Under the pieces are notes generated by a model. It was not told the origin of the DNA. It did not search any database and worked only from the letters and a program-made list of their open reading frames with translations. A stretch of DNA of 64,000 nucleotides, from the NCBI GenBank assembly GCA_051294375.1, contig CM119263.1, positions 7,332,494 through 7,396,493 on the forward strand, in the 5' to 3' direction. The DNA comes from Paraspadella gotoi (Eukaryota > Animalia > Chaetognatha). The translations under genes were made by a program, and so were the position numbers. Positions 1 through 13,300 of the stretch are shown piece by piece; positions within the stretch are counted from its first letter, which is position 1; each line of letters begins with the position of its first letter.

Positions 1-7
1 TTCTTTA

Positions 8-41
<34 letters not shown>

Positions 42-395
42 TTTTAGACATTTACCATTTGCTTCTCCTTATTTTTCTCCTTTCCCGTTAACACATCTAA
101 ATATGTTTTTAAATGATTCAATAGTTTTTCTTTATGTTTCAAAACACCCAATTCGTCAATACCCATAAGCAGTGGTAAGGAGAATTTTCGCCAGAATCTG
201 ACTTAGCACAACCACCTGCCACGCCCACTCCAATTTCTCCTCACGCCCTCCCCCTGCCTTCTCCGCCCCTTTCTTCCCTCCTCGCCCATTTGAACACTAA
301 ATCTCTGAATCCGACCGCTTAGGTCAAGGTTATGCTGTCCCGAAATTGACCCTCTCCCTTCTCATTCTAAAACCGGAGTCAAACTCAGTCTCAGA

Positions 396-450
<55 letters not shown>

Positions 451-1439
451 CTCTCTCACTTACTAACCCCCTACTTCTATTTAGTGATTTGAAATTAATA
501 AGATGCTTATTGCAATCATAGTCTTTTCCGTCTCTATTCGCCTTTTTAATTTAATTATGTTACAATGTAGCTTGATTTTATATCGGTTTCTATTTAGTAT
601 TCCTTTTTTTACTTTTTCTTTTACTTTTTATTATTTTCGTCTCTTCTTTTCTAACGCTTTCTACTGATTTTTTGATTTTTCCTTACTTTTTTTGCCTCTT
701 CTCCCTTTTCTATCAAACCTTTTAAATCGCTTCTTTTTTAATCGGTCTCCTTCCCTTTATACAAGCTGCAGGACGTTCTGCGGACGTTGCCCTATTGAGG
801 GGCGAATGTATTTAGAAGCTAATCGCATAATACTATCTCAATTGAAGCTGTAGACTCGAATTCGTAAAAAGGAGACGCGAATTAAAAAAAAACTAAAACT
901 AATTTAAATATATTTAAAAGCGAATCTTTTGTTCTCTCTTCATCAAATTCTTTGAAATTCACGGCTCGTATGTCCTTCGCTTTCACCTCGCCTCGTCGTC
1001 TCTCATTCCCGCCATCTTTTAATCATCCCCGAATCCGATCCCAAACCCCTGATCCATCTCCCCCCCCCCCTCCAAGCTCATTTTTTCATGCACGCGATCA
1101 ACCTTCCAATGGGAGAGCCTTCACTCTTCCCGTCTGCCCATATTAAACGCATTTATCGTTCGCCAGATCTACTTTTCAATAGCGTTTTTTCGGTGATACT
1201 ACAGTCACACAAGTGTTACAATTTAGGCAGATTTAAAGAATTTTCGACGATCCAATTCATTAACCCAATAATATTTGACTTTTAGACTTATTTTTCTAGT
1301 TCTTTATCCCCATCATTCCTTCAATTCTCTCACTCCATTCATTTCATCTTTTAACTTGCCTATACTATATCTTCCTGCGTCTCGTTTTATTACCTACACG
1401 ATACAATCCCGCCTACCCTTTCTCCAGTATTTCGTCTCT

Positions 1440-1666
1440 NNNNNNNNNNNNNNNNNNNNNNNNNNNNNNNNNNNNNNNNNNNNNNNNNNNNNNNNNNNNN
1501 NNNNNNNNNNNNNNNNNNNNNNNNNNNNNNNNNNNNNNNNNNNNNNNNNNNNNNNNNNNNNNNNNNNNNNNNNNNNNNNNNNNNNNNNNNNNNNNNNNNN
1601 NNNNNNNNNNNNNNNNNNNNNNNNNNNNNNNNNNNNNNNNNNNNNNNNNNNNNNNNNNNNNNNNNN
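1440..1666. other. Assembly gap (227 N)
   Basis: N run. Other gaps: 9546-9555 and 21199-21208 (10 N each); 10320-10344, 45575-45599, 53596-53620 and 56427-56451 (25 N each). Confidence 1.
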
Positions 1667-2706
1667 GACAGAATGTAATGAAATTTGCATAAATAACGGA
1701 AGCGAAGGCATAAATCTCGCCCCGCGATATTGGAGTTTTGCCACGAGTGCCCGTTATTTTTCTCCCGGCGCGACGGTCGTGCGAAGACAAAGGAGCATCG
1801 TCGGCGATGGAATTATTTACGGTCGGCGTCGCGGCGTCTCAGTATTGAAAGGTTTTTTCGGAGATTCCATAGGGTTTGTGAGGGGGAGAGCGAAGGCGGG
1901 AAGAGGGGCGTGAGGGTTATGTAAGAGGGGGAAGGAAACCGAAGTTCGTTTGTTGAGTATAATTCAGTTTCCGCCTCGGCTTAATCAGAAACTTTAGCGT
2001 CGGTCGTTTTTTGACGGTTTATTTCTCTACTTTCTGAGAAACCTATATTAAAACCTTCATGATTTTTAGCATTTTTAAAATAATTAATTCTACCGGATGG
2101 CCCATATTTTTATACTATCCAATCTAGATTTAAAAATATATTCTACTTATTTTTTTTTTTAAATAATTCAAAAATTTGATAAGATAGTATAATATTTGCT
2201 AGTTTCGAGCGCATCATCCACTTACTTAACAGTTAACAAAAATACTGCGCTTTTTAAAAACTTTCTTCCTTCTACTTTTATGGATATTGAGTAGGAGCCG
2301 TCGACGGCAGAAAAAATCTACTTCCTTTTGACAGTTTTTATGAGAAAATACATTTTTTATCGAAAAAATTTGTTGAACTGAAGAAAGTATATAAACTTGT
2401 ATATGTTGAGACGTCACGAGAACGGAAGGTATTTAATGCGAGGAAAATAAAAATCGATTTAGTACTAGTAGTAGATAGTACCTAAGAAAATAGAGTCTTA
2501 ATAAATGCGCAGCATAGTATTATCAAAATACAAATAGCTGTTCACTTTAAAACTAAATTTTTTTTTATAATTCCAGTGGTGGGACACGAATACTGGCTTA
2601 GATTCTATCATCAATCTCAGAATAAAAAATTCACCAAGTACATAAGTCATATGTTAAAATTTTCATAAACGGCGAGGTACAGGTCATCCCTAACGGGGAA
2701 GAATCT

Positions 2707-3782
2707 TCAAGCCTTCAACTGCACGACGGCCTTGAGACAACCCAACTGCTTGTCGGTGTTGATGTCTTTGATCTCCGCGTGGAAGTGGTACTCACCCGAG
2801 GCCAAGGCGGCGACTGCGAGATAATTAAACAATAAAAGCTTTAGGTCAGATATGGTAAGGTGTATTTCTGAATTGTTTTTTTCATTCATAGGTTAGAGAC
2901 TCACTTAATCTTCCAAAGTCCGGAATAAAGAACTTGACCCTCTCGGTCCTCAGTACACCCTTCTTGAAGGGGCACGAGCAGGGGATCCCGGACGCCTTGA
3001 CGTCGGCGGGGCAAGCCTCCTCTCCCCACATAACGTCGCAAATGTTGTTGAAGGTGCTGGGGTCGGAATTTATGACTCAATGGACACTTTTTTAATTCTG
3101 ACAAAAGTCGTTCTTCTTCTCACCAAGATCCTAAACCGTTGATGCAAGGAGCCGGAATTTTGACGAAGAGAACTTTTTTCTTTAGGCTCATCTCCATTTT
3201 GAATGTGGGTAAGTCGCGAGCGATGGTCGCCTAAGGAGATTGCGATATCTTTATTCTTTAGTATATTCTAAAATTATACTTATGTATACGAACGAAATAC
3301 AAAGAAATGCAGTATAATAAACCTATTTATACATTCCCTCAAGAAAAGATGATAATTGGATCGTCGAGTGGTGAATTTAAAAATGAGAACGAAAAACGAA
3401 AACCCAAAAGCTGCTTACGAGGCGAATTTTTAATACAAAAGAAGAAAAAATAAAAAAAAACAAAAACAAAAAAACAAGAGGCAGACATCGAAAGAGGCGA
3501 AGTTGTCGGCGTTTCCTTTGAGCGGAGACGGGCTGAGTTCGAGGTAGGAGAACTTAATCGGCCTTTCGGGATCAGTACCTGACGGAAAATATAGTAAGTA
3601 CATTTCTCATTAGTATTTATCATTCCAATAAAAACATTGCTACAGCCAAACGAGTGTACAACGTAATGTGGATACAAGACAAAGATTGTAAAGGAGCAAA
3701 AAGACTGACCACAATCCTCCCACGTGAACGCCTGCGCGGCGGCGAAGAGGCAAATCGCTGCGAAGTAAGTTAAGCTTCTCAT
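2707..3782 (-). CDS. GM2A: GM2 ganglioside activator-like secreted lipid-binding protein (ML domain), 5 coding exons, 176 aa
   Basis: Exons 3782-3710, 3578-3487, 3230-3124, 3056-2905 and 2813-2707 have GT-AG boundaries and compatible phases (73+92+107+152+107=531 nt). Protein: signal peptide MRSLTYFAAICLFAAAQA, then FTWEDCG...LSPSPL...KIPAPCINGLGSCTFNNICD...CPADVKASGIPCSCPFKKG...LASGEY...LGCLK. This is the GM2A Cys pattern. The exon 2 donor (gtctgc) is weak. Confidence 0.9.
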
Positions 3783-3891
3783 CCTGAAATTGTAAATTAA
3801 GAAGTCATTTTAAAATTTTTTGTTAAACCTTAAACGTAAAAATAATTCGACATGTTTGTTGTAGTTCGTTTTAAAATGTGTTTTTAAACTC

Positions 3892-3983
3892 CTTCATTAA
3901 TATAAAAATAAATAAAAAATACAAAAAGGAAATAGTACTTCATTAATATAAAAATAAATAAAAAATACAAAAAGGAAATAGTA
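3892..3983. repeat. ~46-bp tandem duplication
   Basis: cttcattaatataaaaataaataaaaaatacaaaaaggaaatagta x2. Confidence 0.85.
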
Positions 3984-4664
3984 CGTTTTAGATTTTGCAT
4001 CAAGATCTTAAAAAATAAATTAAAAATAAATCAATGAAGGAATAAAAAAGTATAAAAACGTATATATACAATAATTATTTTTTGGAATTATTATTTTAAA
4101 AGTCGTAGAGCCGTGCTCGATAAAAATTTAAAATTGATGACATAAAATCGCGGCGACGTGTATCGGGTGAATAAAAACCGGTGAATAATCCGGGTAAACT
4201 TGCTTTTTAATCTCTACCCGATTTTACCAAATGCGACCACTCATCAAATAATTAGGCTGCAAAGTACATTTTCCAATTATTCTACTTTTAAAGTGTTTAG
4301 AGGACGGTAATGTTTTGAAATGTCCTGGCCAGATGTCCAGTTCACAAAGGGAGTCGCGTGTGAGATCAAAAACCTTAATCGGAAAATTTTGTGTCAGCCG
4401 GATCATGTCAATTCATTGCACAGTGCGCAACAAGACACTTTCAAAAGGCTAAATGTTCAGGAAGATTTTGTATTTGCAATAGAATCGACTGAAACACTGA
4501 AACTACTATTATAAAACTAACCCTCGGAGTGAACATTTAAATCTTTGTGGTAAGGATATCGCGAGGCCAAAAATCATCTTTGCATCAAAACAAAGAGGGC
4601 AGAGGGCGAATAAAAAAAGGAAAACCTAAATCCTGATTCTAATCAGTTCACGACATGTTCGGTC

Positions 4665-4713
<49 letters not shown>

Positions 4714-5281
4714 ACAAAACGTTTAGTGCGGCCATAAAACGAGGCATCAGCACTCATCCAGGATATGAGATTTCTAATCGTCGCCCCGAGGGATTCCCTT
4801 CTCGCCTTCCCCTCGAAAATGGAAAAGGCGCTCCATTTCTTTTCATTTCTCTCTCTACCTGGAAAGTCACTTTCATTAAACGTTTACTCTTGTTCGTATT
4901 TAAGAGGTTTTCAACCTGAAAACCGACTGTAAAACATCTCGTTTACACTAAGTATAAACAATTCAAGTTAAAGTTTTCTTATTCTTTTGATTATTAATTA
5001 TTCTTTTATCATTTAATAAAATTAATAATTCTGACATCATTATTTTTTTTTCTAACTTAAAAATTAAAAAAGTAACAGAAGGACCAAGTTAAATTTTCGG
5101 ATGTTCATGATAAATGAATTTTCACACAATACGTGATGAAACTATGTAATGAATATTTTTAATCAAAATACAATGTTTTGAAAGAACAAAGGGGAAGGGA
5201 CGCAAGTGACCTCAATGAAGGCAACAACACCAGACTCAGAGCAGCGCCTTTGGCAATCTCTTCGTTCGTATAAAAGGTCCG

Positions 5282-5326
5282 GTGATCGCATTAGTGATCG
5301 CAGTAGTGATCGCATCAGTGATCGCA
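5282..5326. repeat. 12-bp tandem repeat (gtgatcgca-nna) x4
   Basis: Directly visible; overlaps the stop codon of the divergent tropomyosin-like last exon. Confidence 0.9.
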
Positions 5327-6191
5327 CTGTAGCGTCTCCAGCTCGTCAAATGTTGACTCTAATTCTGACGCGATCTCGGCGTAGCGACCTCGCCATTGGT
5401 CAAGTTGCTCTGTCAAAAAATAATGTATATAATCATATCAATATTCAATAATCAATGGTTCCACCTCTTTTATTATACAATATTCACTTTTTTTCCGACG
5501 TTTTGAACTCAATTTTACCTTCAAGAGTGATACAATGAAGAACGAGAGCCAATTTTCGATCCTCATATTCGCTTGCGCGCCTCTCCGCCTGAATTTTTAC
5601 ATTTTCACTTCAATCCTTCAATGACTCATTTATTATGTTAGAATTATAAAATTATCTTAGACCGAATACATGTCAGTTAGTTACATATGAAAATTTTATA
5701 TCTCCCAAATACTGCAATCAGAATACATTTTTGAGGGAATGAACGTATCGTAAAAATTATAACTGAAAAACCTAATTTTTCCAACATAAAACAAAAAATA
5801 AAAAATCTTACGTCTTCCACTCGGGCTTTCAGATCCATAACTTGCTCTTCGTAACAAAGGTCTCTCTCTAGGCCCTGCATAAAAGTTGCAAGAAATCGTT
5901 GTACAAAGTAAAATTATAAATATAATTCTTATGAATATTAATGATAAATGACCTCTTCCTCAGCCACTTGTAATTCCTTCATTCTTCTCCCCAAATCAAT
6001 CAACGCCAATTCTTGAGATTGAATTTCACTAAAAGGGTTGAAAAATTGACATTGGGTAAAAAAATTCTGAATGTTAGTTTTTTTTTGTTTTTTTTTAAAT
6101 AATATTTTTTTCACTCACGCTTCGTCACTCTTTCTATTCGAAATTCTGTGTGATCCAAAGCCTCTTCCATCGTCGACAAGTTTTCCGCCGC
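5315..6191 (-). CDS. Divergent tropomyosin-like exon cassette equivalent to exons 5-9 (orphan C-terminal half)
   Basis: Exon 6191-6119 (AAENLSTMEEALDHTEFRIE.., 73 nt vs canonical 71). Exon 6028-5953 (76 nt, EIQSQELALIDLGRRMKELQVAEEE). Exon 5874-5812 (63 nt, GLERDLCYEEQVMDLKARVED). Exon 5588-5519 (70 nt, AERRASEYEDRKLALVLHCITLE). Exon 5409-5315 (EQLDQWRGRYAEIASELESTFDELETLQCDH*). All are AG/GT bounded, three have exact tropomyosin exon lengths, and all align ungapped to the main gene's exons. Confidence 0.8.
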
Positions 6192-9100
6192 CTGAGAAAA
6201 TAACGTGTAGGCACTAACTGTATTAACAATATTTCCCTTCTTTTTCCTAGTAATTAATTTCCATCTTCCTTAAAACTCCTTCAAGTTAGTAGCAGCGGTT
6301 AGTAGTTTTCTGTATATATACATAAGTTATTGTTAAAGAGAGCGTTCGCGCCTTATAGTCGACAGGATTGCCGGATTCGCGAACATAACGCAAAAACGCA
6401 TTAAATTTTCTCCAAGTGCTCATGAAAAGTTGCCGAGGGAAAATGCTAAATAGAAAAAAGGGAAATAAGAAAAATATACTTCCAAGGCGTCGAGGGATTC
6501 TGGTTTGAAATTCGAAAACATTGCGAGCGCAACAACAGCGCGATCACAAAGAGAAAAGAAAAAGAGAATGGATACCATCATTTTAAAAGAAAGGCAGAAA
6601 AAAAGGACCGAGAGAGGAAAAGACAAAAAACTAAACTTGTCAAAAGAAAAAAAATGTTGTCTTTTTTTTTATTGAAGAAGAAGAAAATAAAAGTAGCATT
6701 TAATTCCCCCTGAATTCGATTCTACTATCTGCAATCGGATTGACTACCCTGAACGACCCCGCCCTTTTAATAAACGTTTCCTCTTCTTAAATCGGCTCCT
6801 GCCACCTCCCAATTAGAACGTCGAACTCCCCAGAAGAACTCCACAACCTTTTTTTTTTCTCACACGCAACATTGATTAAGAATGTGACTTTGAGTGTCAA
6901 TCAAGCGAGTGACTTTAAAAGCAAATGTGACTAGAGCGAATTAGAAAAGAGAATGTGAAGGAATCGAATCTCACGAAAGTTACTGGAACTAAAAATATCA
7001 TTTGTTTGTCAAAAATAACAAAATATATATAAAAATATAAACAATGGTAACGCTAATTTGAGATGACAAATCGCTAAGCATTCGGAAAGTTTTAAGGTTA
7101 AGAAGCGTATGCTGCCACTTTTCAAAAATTCTCCTCTTATTTTTTTATCGTACTTCAATATAAAATTTAAAATGTATACAGGACGCTTTTTATCCGAAGT
7201 TATTGACAGAGGGGGCCCAGTGGGGGGGGGCATTAAGTTGAGGCACATTTTATGGAGGGAACGTAAATCTAAGATTCTCGTCACCAAAATCAAATTATCG
7301 GAAATTTCAAACCGAGATTTTTAAGTCTTCTCCTCGCGGCTTTAATCCATAAAGGAAAAAAAAGGAGAAAAAAAAAGAAAAAAAGGAAATGGGAGGAAGG
7401 ATGCGCGACTCCGTCTAACTGAAAAGTGTCCAAAGGAAAAAAGAATAGATAAAAGTGGAAGAAGAAGAAAAAAAAAAATATTTAAAAAAAATAGTAGGCA
7501 AACGAAATTTCGATAATCAAATATTAAATAAAACTTAAACCGAGTAAAGGGACGGAAATATACAATGAAAAACCGTTAAGTCACCGCGAGGAGAGACTCT
7601 TTCCTTGCCTCCCAGGAAAAGATGCTTTTTCAAGGAGAAACAAGTCTAAACTCGATTATGTGGCTTCTCTTTTCGGCCGCAGGGATTTGTGGCCGTCGTC
7701 TTTTTCGTCGCTTTTTCAGTGAACCGACGCAGGAGCTTTGGATTGATAATATGGAAAGTAATAAGATTCGTTTTTGGGCGATGTGTTGAGTTGTTTTTAC
7801 AAAATTGTAAATTTGTGAATTGTTATTTTCTTTTTGGGTAAGGTTGATTCTCCTGCCATGATATTTTTTTTCTTTGAAAATTTCGTAATTTTAAAACCCT
7901 TAGAACTTATTAACGCCATGTCAATTTATGAGGGATGAATAGAATGGTGAATGAAATTTACTTAGCTGGAAAGAAAAATTGCATTGGAAAAAGTCTATTA
8001 GACATTATAACAAATATTTAGAAAGAAAAAAAGAAAGAAAGAAAAAGATGGAAAAAAAAGAAGAGCGATAATTGTTGGAGAGATTACAACCATGAAATGG
8101 AAACAGAGAGCCCATGTCAAAAAAGGTAGCTTCATAATGGACTTTGGACAATGAAAAAATTAAGGTCTACGTTCTTTCATTGCGTAAGCGGCAATGTTTA
8201 TGCAACTAAATCCGCTCAGGGCGTCCTGGCGGATAATTAAACCGCCTTTTGATTAACGACGCGAAACTTCACCGCAAAGTAAAAAAATAATAATTAATTA
8301 ATAAAGAAGGCGGGAAAAATAATTATAAAAATGAAAGTAGCAATACTTTGAATCATAAAAAAAATAAAGAAACTGGGGGATTGTTAAAAATTAAGATGAA
8401 ATGTTATCTGACCAAAACAATTATTAAATTCGGAAGGTTGTTAGTAATATAAAAGGTGAACCGAGAAATATTAGTGGGAATGGCGTCTTGAACGGTTAAA
8501 TTTAAAAAAGAAAAATAAATAAACTAATCTAAATGAGTTTTAGAAGCCATTAACTACCTGCCTGACGAGTTGTAAAAGAGGGAATATCTCCAAATCGGGG
8601 GGGAAAGCACAAGACGGTTGAGAGCTGTCGGAAGTAAAACGTTTAGTAACAATTATTTTACAAAATTTAAAGTAATTCACAAGTTTTGGTATAACTTTTT
8701 TTAAAGATTTATTACTTGATCATATAAGAAAAATATTACTTAGTATAATAGTAACAAAGGGTAGCGGAAACCAAGGGCAGAATTAGCTAACCATACAAAT
8801 ATGATGAGCCATAATAGAAGAGAAATCAAATCAATAAAAAAGCGCAAATGCGCGCATATATTTGTATAAACAACAACACTACCTAATTCTAAGAGCTGTT
8901 ATACTATTTCTGAGAATATTTTTGTGTTTTACCATAGACCCATTCCCACTAATAAAGCATTCAGATTAACGCTAATTTTTCTTTCCTTAGGCAAAGCTAG
9001 ATTAAAATGGATATACCTTGGAATAGTTGAGTATTCGAGCCCTTACGAACTCTATACTCTTTTCCAAGAAATGAATTTTTCTTTCATTTTCCCAGCAGAC

Positions 9101-9707
9101 GATCTCTAACTCTCGGACGGATCTGAATTGATAATTCGGAAAAAAAAATAAATGGTAGTTTTTTGACCGAAGATGATAAACGAGTTCGCCTTGCGGAATC
9201 TTCAATCAAAACCTCCTAAAAAACTTATATCGTCTGTCGAAAGAATCCAATAGAACTTAAAAAAAAAGGAGTCGTATTGAAACAGTACGCTTATATTTGA
9301 AATCGGCATATAAAAGATATATATGGAGAGAATTATAAACGACTAAAAAAAAAATCCTTTGAAAGTTGACACATTACACAAAAAATTTTAAGAACGAAAA
9401 AGAAAAAAACCGCATGATGAACATATTAATATTATTATGGTAGGAGGCGAGGCGCGAATAAAATTCCCAAAAACGAAGTGTTGATGACGTCATCGTTTCC
9501 GCTTCGTCGTCATGGTGACCGAGATGGTGGCGCTTCTTCCGTGACNNNNNNNNNNGGCTAGTCGACCAATGGGGTAGTGATGAACCATCATTAAACAAAT
9601 CATTCAAAACTCATTTCCACATCCGACTTTCTTCCTAACCTTCTAGGCTCCCTACCCTTCCCGAGGCTGCCGACTTCCCGCCCGCAGTCACACCCCTCGG
9701 CTGCCGC

Positions 9708-9783
9708 CGTTCGCCGGATCCCAGCCTAGTAGGATGCCGACGTTCGCCGGATCCCAGCCTAGTAGGATGCCGACGTTCGCCGG
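9708..9783. repeat. 33-bp tandem repeat, 2.3 copies
   Basis: cgttcgccggatcccagcctagtaggatgccga x2 + cgttcgccgg. Confidence 0.9.
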
Positions 9784-10344
9784 CCCCGACGAGGAAAATG
9801 AAGCGGCCAAACAAAATAAGGCGCCGTCTATTGTGCCAGATTTACATAATCGCTTGCGAACGAGAGAGAGAGAGAAATAACTTCTTTTTTTTTTTCACGA
9901 CTCCCCCTCGCTAATATTATTTCTCTCCTCTTCCTTTTTATAGTTTTAACGCGATAGGAATGCGTTTTTTACGACGGCCTTTCAGCGGAACTCGATGAGG
10001 AACGGAAACAATATGGTTCCGGACTTCAACGAGATTCCTTAGTTTTGAGTTAATTCATTTCATTAAAAAGATGTCAACAAAAACAGACTCGTAATGAGAG
10101 AGTTAGAAACATAAAGATCGTTGTCTGCGCTTGATCATTTGATGATCGATGATAAAAGTTATTCAAGATGAAAAATACAGGGGTGGGGAACCTATATCGA
10201 GACAACATTTAACAATTTTAAAAATCATAAAATCTTAATGATTTTTAAAATCTAAATAGATTTTAGTATTCTTCCTTCCTGTCAGATAATTAAATTAATC
10301 ATGTAAGATTTCTGAATGCNNNNNNNNNNNNNNNNNNNNNNNNN

Positions 10345-13300
10345 TGTCAGATAATTAAATTAATCATGTAAGATTTCTGAATGCATAATAAAAGTGTCCA
10401 AAAGGAAAGAAATTCATAAAGTTATTGACAATTTAAACATATTCATCATAATCTTCCTAAAATTTTGCTTTACTTACTTGAAAAAAAATTAAATAGGGTT
10501 AATTTGGATAGCGATGAAAAGCTTAAAATCAGGTGAATTGAAGATAAGAATAAAATGTCTTCAAGTTTGGCTTTTATCGCGTGCATAAAAACAACTTGTT
10601 TTGAAAACCTCCACGACGCGACTTTGCTTGCTTGTAGTTGCTAAATTTTTTTTTTCATTGTATATAAAATAAAAAGCCACTCATTTTATTGTATCAGTAT
10701 CTCAAATCGTTCAGAAAGGGCAGAACGTTGTTTTGTCTCGATATAGGGTCCACCCCTGTATGTCATATATCTTCTGTTTGAAGCCCAATCGGTGACAGAT
10801 CTCTCACCGATCAATATCCGGAGAGTTCGTTGAAGGCACGTTCCAGCTCGTCGCAGATGGCCTTGTACTTGTCCGATTCCGACACGAGATCGGCTGCGAG
10901 GGTAAAAAATGATTGGGGAAGGGAAAAAATCAGACTTGCATTTTGGTTTTGACCACATCGAAAGTGAACAAAAAGTTTTGTATTTTGGGGTACCTTAACG
11001 ACGAATGCAATCCGGATGGATGGATGTGATGCAAAACGGATGCGGGATTTCACTCAGATTTCACGGGGTTTTTTTTTCACTCTCGAGACTGCGTGCGTAT
11101 CACGCGTATAACGTGTGCGCGCGCACGAAATCGCGAGTTGGGAAGGTTCGACTCAAACATGCGTGTCAACGTGCAAAATTCAGGGTCGTTCATCTCTTTG
11201 GTGTTTTACATAGTTGACATTTTTACAATTAAATAATAGCTTTCACTCTAATTCTATTTAAATAAAATACTGCTGGATTTTAAAAAAATAAATCCTTAAT
11301 ATCCCGACATCTCGTTGAAAGTGGATTCTAATTCGAGGCAGATGCTTTTGTATTTTTCCACCCATTGCATTAATTCCGCTGAAAAGGGGACAATTTAAAT
11401 AATTATGGGTTAGACGAGTCAACTTTTTAACCAGTAAAGCTCAATCGAATGAACAACAGAGTAAAACAAAAACGCAACTGTTTTGAGCCTTGGGCCATAA
11501 GAGGACTCTCGACAAGGCTTTTTATTCAATCTTGGGCAAAAAACGGACAAAAAACCAAGATTTGAAAACCAACTTTTTTTAAAATAAATTAATATTCCGT
11601 GCACCTAATAGAGTTGTAATTTTATCACCATTCTTGAATATTAAATTAATCATCACTCAAACGCTTCAAACATTCTTAGCAACAATTTGAAATGACGTTC
11701 ACCTTACCTTTTAAACCTACCGCTTATAAGTCTTTGAAAGTTGGTTGAGTTTTAACTAATCAACACGGCACAGCAATGAAAAATTAATATTTCAAGACAA
11801 AAAGATCTGATAGTTGTTTTATTAATTAATGATAAGCGAATGTTTCACCTTGTAAGATGAAAAAACAAGATTATCTAGATAATTGTCGTTTAAAAAAACA
11901 CTACGAATCTCATTTGAATTAATTGTGCCAGAAACGTCGGAAAAAAAAAATTTACAACCCACAATCTAGGCACGATAATGATAATAATATATTTTCTTTG
12001 AAAAAGTCGCCATAAATTCATTTTAATTTAGGATTATTTAAAGGACAGCGCAGGTCCTAAGCGCGCATTTATTTTTATTCACACCGATGGGAGCGAAAAT
12101 CCCCAGTGCGACAGACAGTTTCTTCTGCATGCTCGTAAATAATAATAATAATCATGAAAGTAAAAGCTCATGAGATTATAATGAATCTTACAATTGCAAA
12201 AAAAAAAGGCTTGCTATTAAAAATCTTTAACCGATGAAGCAGACTTACGAAAGCAAGAGAACAGACAATTACACACAAAAAAAAAATATGGCATCATAAA
12301 TATGACTAAGATGATTGGCTGCGCCGAAATGGCGTGCTTTCTTTCCATGGGTGACCACTACTCATATTTATTCTGATCATGACCTTTAATACTCATGGAA
12401 TGTGTTAATTTCCACATCGCCGGTAAAAATATATATTTTTGAATATTGAACAGCCAAATAAAAATGAAAAACCTCACCACCCACCAAGCTCTTTTATATC
12501 GAAAGCAACAAAACGAGAAAAAAAAATTTACAAGAGTCGATTTTTGGGCGTCGAAAGGTAAGAGGCTTTGGAAATAAAGCTTAACTTTCACACATTTTTT
12601 TATTCCATTCAACAAATTACATTCGTATCACATTGGTAAAAGCCTTTAAATTTTATTTATCTCCGTTCAAAAATAATGCAGCCTCGTAAGCGAATGTTAA
12701 AAAAGGAAGCACATTTAAGATTCGCCTCTTATCTCACATTATGTACAAATTTTATCGCTATAAAATTAAAAAAAAAGAAAAACCCGCTCGAAGACGCTGC
12801 GACGATGCTACCCAGCACCAGCTGCTGCGTGGATTCAGTTTTCAAAACGCGATCAATGATTAAAAAAATACATAATACATATTAAAGAATTCTTAATGAA
12901 GTATTGCAATGAAAACAAAGGTTTGATAAGTCGAGGCAACCGTCGAAAGGCAGGAACCGAAACTATTAAATGGTCTTTTCGGTGACCAAATTGTTACGAG
13001 GAACATCTATAAAAGACATTACATTTTTTAACGTTAAATTAAAAAGGTAAAACTTTTAAAATACTAAATTCTTTGAAAATTATTAAAGAAAAGAATGAAT
13101 TATTTTTAGTTATGTTTAGATGTTCTAATACGAAAACGATTTCCCGCGCGCGCAAACAAGTTCTCGACACGCGCGCGACCACCGACGCCGCCGCAACTTT
13201 CATCGTTTTGGTGTTTAATTTTTTTTTTTTTTTTGTCTTGGTTTTCGTTGTCTTCGCGGAGAAGCGAGCGGGCGAGCGAGAAAGGAAAGACGTTACATTT

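Noticed and set aside
4320-4514. 64-aa plus-strand ORF
   Set aside because: Overlapping frames are also open, no family is recognised and no splice partner was found.
6119-6121. GC donor rescuing a 71-nt divergent exon 5
   Set aside because: The context aa|gcgtga is far from the strong consensus that GC donors need; an indel is more plausible.
6223-6300. Stop-codon reassignment (TAA/TAG read as Glu/Gln)
   Set aside because: TAA terminates exon 9a normally and no intact exon here contains an in-frame stop.
9708-9783. CRISPR-like array
   Set aside because: Units are adjacent with no spacers, there are only 2.3 copies, the context is eukaryotic and no cas genes are present.
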